From Takakia lepidozioides (lineage: Eukaryota; Plantae; Bryophyta), in assembly GCA_030704615.1 (NCBI GenBank), contig CM060731.1, positions 62,434,001 to 62,498,000 of the forward strand: 64,000 nucleotides of DNA, written 5' to 3'. The notes under the pieces are model-generated. The model ran no database searches. It saw only the letters and a program-made list of their open reading frames with translations, and was not told where the DNA came from. A program made the position numbers and the translations under genes. Within the stretch, counting starts at the first letter, position 1, and each line of letters opens with the position of its first letter. Positions 59,795 to 64,000 of this stretch are shown here, piece by piece.

Positions 59795-60548
59795 ATGACG
59801 ACGGCATCGAAGTTTTACACCATGGCGGAAGTGGCCGGCCACAATCATGCTAAGGATTGCTGGCTCATTATTGATGGAAAGGTAGCTTCTGAGGCCTGAG
59901 GATTGTCTTGGAATGGGTCGTGGTCATTTTAGTGTTTGCGTGGAGATCTCGTTTTATATTGCGCTTTCTTTCGCATCTTTCAGTCTTCCTGACGATATGC
60001 TGGTCCACGATGTAGTGCGCCTGTTGTGTGTATTAAGGGGGGCCTGGTTGACAGGTATATGACGTGACCAAATTTCTGGAAGAGCATCCTGGAGGAGATG
60101 AAGTTCTTCTTTCAGCAACTGGTACGTTTGGGACTGTCTGCCCGTCTCTCTATCTCTGTCTGACTTCTCCCTCTCCCCCTCTCAAACACATCACACACGC
60201 ATGTCGAGTCTGGGTTGTAGGGTTAGAGTTGTGCTATGTTTGGCCGATTTATGCAATTTCGGTAATGCTGTCTTTTCGTTTGTGGCAACAGGGAAGGATG
60301 CAACGGACGATTTCGAGGATGTGGGCCACAGCACCAGTGCCAGGGCAATGATGGAGCAGTACATCGTCGGGGATGTTGACCTCGCCTCGTTCCCCTCAAA
60401 GCCAACCTACACCCCTGCCAAGCAGGCCACCTACAATCCAGATAAAAGCTCTGAGTTTCTCATCAAAATCCTGCAGTTTGTAGTGCCCCTTTTAATTCTA
60501 GGGTTGGCCGTGGCAGTACGCTTTCTAACCAAAAAGGAAACCAACTGA
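59795..60548 (+). CDS. CB5: Cytochrome b5 (tail-anchored), exons 59795-59881, 60055-60121, 60292-60548, 136 aa
   Basis: [47 protein letters not shown]; C-terminal transmembrane segment. Confidence 0.97.
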
Positions 60549-61339
60549 AAGATGTCAACCGATTTGCCCATTTGCTATTTCACGGGTACAAGAAGAAATA
60601 CTGCAATTCATCCACGAACTTCTATTTACAAGAGAAGCTGGGGGTGTCTAGAAGCAGATGGATTTATAGATTAAGCTGGGGGTATGTTTAGATCACTTTG
60701 GGATTGATAGCTTCGTTAGTCATCTACCTCAACGTCATATGGGCTTTCAAGCAGCCGTGGTGAGAGGCAAAATGGCAGATGATACCCTTTGTTGGTATAC
60801 CTGTTGACATGCATCTCTGTATGACTGCACATTGTATCTGGCTGTGTACGCGAATAAACCAGATTCTGGTTGAATTTTCTCCTATTATAGATGGCTCCAC
60901 GTTTTTTGGGCCCAGTTCTGGGACTGTGATAATATTATTGGTCTTGGTCTGAGGGGCCATGTGCTGTTGCTTGTTGCCATGCCATTGAATGTTCCTGTGA
61001 CTAGAGCAGCAAACCGTCTTGCTATCTTGCAAAAGTCCGAGAGGCTGTCTGGGTCTGGCACAGCAAATGACTTCGTTGTACTGAAAATTACTGCAACAAT
61101 TTGTCGTAGACAAGATATCTTTGGATGTCTGAGTCAAATCTTCAACAGACATGTTTCACTTTGGACTTTCTCTCTCCTTTTTTCGAAAGTGAAGAAGCCG
61201 CGGCAGTCAAAGGCATGGAAAAGAGAGCCTTGCTGGAGCTTTATTACTTTATTTTTATCTAACCATGCCTATTCTCTTAAGAAAGGCTGAATCCCAAATT
61301 GGCCCAATTGATTCAAAAAGCAAGCAAAAAAGTTGAATC

Positions 61340-61632
61340 TTGCAAAAAAGAAAAAAAGCCGTAAAGGTCCACACTCCACACCTTACTCAAGTCATGCCCA
61401 GGTCTACAACAAACTAGGGAGACGTGATAACACCATCGAAGGGCGCAAAGACCTGATAATTTTCTTTCCGTTTCCAAGGAAACACAACTTGGCCTTGAGG
61501 GGGAAGATAAAGCCTCTCTCTGATCCATGGATGCATTACAGGGGCAGAGCCCCCAAAGAGACAGATGACAGGGGTTTGAACCCAGACCCACAGGCCAATG
61601 CACCAGTGTCTTACCACCGGGCCACAGCCCTG
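61340..61632 (-). mobile_element. Putative tRNA-derived SINE
   Basis: Minus strand has A box TGGCCCGGTGG and B box GGTTCAAACCC, a ~200 bp body and a T-rich end. Confidence 0.5.
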
Positions 61633-62829
61633 TTGTGCGAAATTTTCTGTGTTAAACTATGGACTTTCCGGACAAGAATTCCCAAGTAGACGGAAAGTTC
61701 CTGTAATTGCAGATTACCAAATTCTTCCATGATATTACCAATCTTCAAAGGGTTTGGCCCTTCGCTTACCAAGGGAGTTTGCCATGTTGCACCACATGGC
61801 AAGCCTTCTCTGGCCATCGTTTGGCTCGGATAGCGCCATTATTGGCTACAGACTGAATGATTGTTCAAGACCCCACCCCCCCCTTCCCCTCCCTCATTAC
61901 ATTTGGTAATGGATAGACGCTCCCGTCCGCTAGTCGCCAGGTCCACTCGATGGGCATCACCTAATATGTAAGTTCTATATGCTCTTCATGCATTTACAAC
62001 CATATACAACCTTCAACCTTCTCTCAATATCCACTTGTATGTGGCTTTGTACCAAAAGCCTTGGAAGCCCAAATAGCTTTCTTTAGACAATGAATTCTAC
62101 TGATTTACAAATTTTGTGTCGGGCAGAGGTTGCAGGGGCAGCTTCATCTTGCCTCCCCACACTTTCTGACCCATCCTCTTTACTTGTCTTTACTTGTCTG
62201 ACCTCCTTCAGGGTGATACTAGAACAGTTTGATTTCTTTTTGACAATATATCTAGCTCTATGAGATTCTGTTTCTCCTCTTGGGGATAGTTTTATCCATT
62301 TCTAGAGTCACCCCACTTGGGTCTTTTTGTCCCCGTGTACATTTAATATATCTTTGCAACTCTTCCAAACACCATATTGGACAACTTGTTGCAATTGCAC
62401 CCTAACTTAATTTGCTCCTCTTCGGTGATTTCAACTCCGTCTCCAAGAGTAGTCGTATGTAGATCATTGTCAATAGGTCGCCTACAAACCAAACTACAAT
62501 TCAATATATAAGTTAATACAAACACCTCATTCTCAACAAGAAGGTAATTTCTAACCACCGGATAGCATATCACCTCAAAGCAATATATGCCATACATGAT
62601 AATATCCCCCAACGAGTTAACCCCTAAACGCCTACGCCGCCCTCTAGTGGCCCACTGCGGTTCTACATCCACAAGTCATGTGCATTGCATTCTCTACAAA
62701 AATTCAGAGCTGTAAAATGCAACATCGGAAAGGAAATTAGCATAAGCACATTGTCTTCTCCGATATTGCACATTGTTTGGATTACGAGAGAGATGAGCAC
62801 AAGAAGGTCAATTTGGTGTGGGTTTTCTA

Positions 62830-63109
62830 CTAGTGTTGCGCGGATATTTGATTCAGCCTCAAACCCCCGGCGGAGCCTAACCCGGATATATATATATGTG
62901 GATCTGCCGTAGGTCAGAAAATCAAATATCCGCCTCCGTTAAGAACCGCCAGATATGAAGTGATGGCATAACCGGATCCGGTTGAAAACTGGTGGGTTTG
63001 TATTACTTTTTTATTTGATTTGAACCGGAACTAGTGGTCCAAAAGAAGCATGTTATGAACCCATGTATCCGGCATATAAAATCGGAGGTTATAATCCGGA
63101 TAACAACTG
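62830..63109. mobile_element. Possible hAT-like MITE
   Basis: Imperfect terminal inverted match (tagtgttgcgcggat / atccggataacaactg) and multiple (c)cggat subterminal motifs; no clear TSD. Confidence 0.35.
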
Positions 63110-63147
63110 GTTATTGCGTTCACTCGACATAAACGAGGCGGGTCATA

Positions 63148-63650
63148 GGGCCGTTCCAGACTAGCGACCGGACAAAACGAACTTACACTCTGATTGGTTA
63201 AAAACTGGATTTTGTCCGCCACATGCTTTCAGACTTGGCTTTGTCGAGTGAAGAGGAGTCTCTCCAACGTGCCGAATCATCGTTCCAATTGAGCCACCTC
63301 AGCGGACAAATCAAAGCAAATTTGGGTCCAGGGTAGTAGCAGGCCCCAAATCTTGTCCATTGGACAAAACCTAATGAAGCTTGTTAGCGGGTCTCTTCGC
63401 GCCTCTTTCTCTGTTCCTGTACCTTTTCCAAAGCATCGTGAGCACAATATCTGATCGCGATATCATTTGAGCGTGATATCTTGTCCAGTGGACCCTTTTT
63501 GTCCACTACTTGGTGAAAACGCTATGAAGCTCGCCCCTGGTTCCAGCAACTTCTCGCAACTTTTAATGACATGGCATCTCTGAAGCGGCCGAAACAGTGG
63601 ACAAACATTGTTTTTGAGTGTTTTGTCCGGTCGCTAGTATAGAAGGACCA
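63148..63650. mobile_element. MITE, ~500 bp
   Basis: ~31 bp TIRs with a perfect 19 bp core actagcgaccggacaaaac / gttttgtccggtcgctagt, flanked by TA on both sides. Confidence 0.8.
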
Positions 63651-64000
63651 TAGTTGAGGTGGCCCTACCTTCATTTGAAGAGGGGCACGCACATTTACAA
63701 CTTCATGTTTTACGATGCGTTGCCATTTTATGAGATTTGAATGTACACTTGCATGTTTTACATTATTTACATTAGAAAATCTCCTAATAGCACTCTTCTA
63801 TGTTCTATCCTAATAAGTGTAACTATTTTTATTAGTACTTTAATACATTAGATTTTTAAGTTTGGGTTATTTTATTTTATTAAAATAAGCTTGGATTTGT
63901 TTGATAATTGGATACTAAACTGTCGTATGCCATTCTCACATAAACTCCATTTGTCCATAACCGCATAGGGCTAAATTTGTATTTGGTGCGAAACGACATG

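Overview
Eukaryotic nuclear DNA from a land plant, probably a non-seed lineage. This is inferred from spliceosomal introns, PLS/DYW PPR genes, an organellar RecG gene and a plastid 16S insertion. The first ~17.5 kb holds two decayed copies of a Ty3/Gypsy LTR retrotransposon with an unusual polyprotein: Gag (2 CCHC) - protease - complete C5-cytosine DNA methyltransferase (DNMT3-like) - [shared TAG-CAA-CCA, a CARYYA-type readthrough context] - RT - RNase H - integrase - remnant of a PHD finger. One copy is split by an internal inversion, so the two pol regions form a ~3.7 kb inverted repeat. The cluster truncates a stearoyl-ACP desaturase gene. From 20 to 34 kb is a rearranged zone: a Rab7/RabG3 pseudogene split by an ankyrin/coiled-coil ORF, PPR fragments, a ~570 bp repeat array and a full-length LINE inserted at a (CT)n tract. 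The rest is ordinary gene space: a PLS-DYW PPR lacking the terminal DYW tripeptide, multi-exon RecG, a CDPK-derived kinase without EF-hands, a PLS-E PPR, cytochrome b5, small SINE/MITE-like elements and a 16S NUPT.
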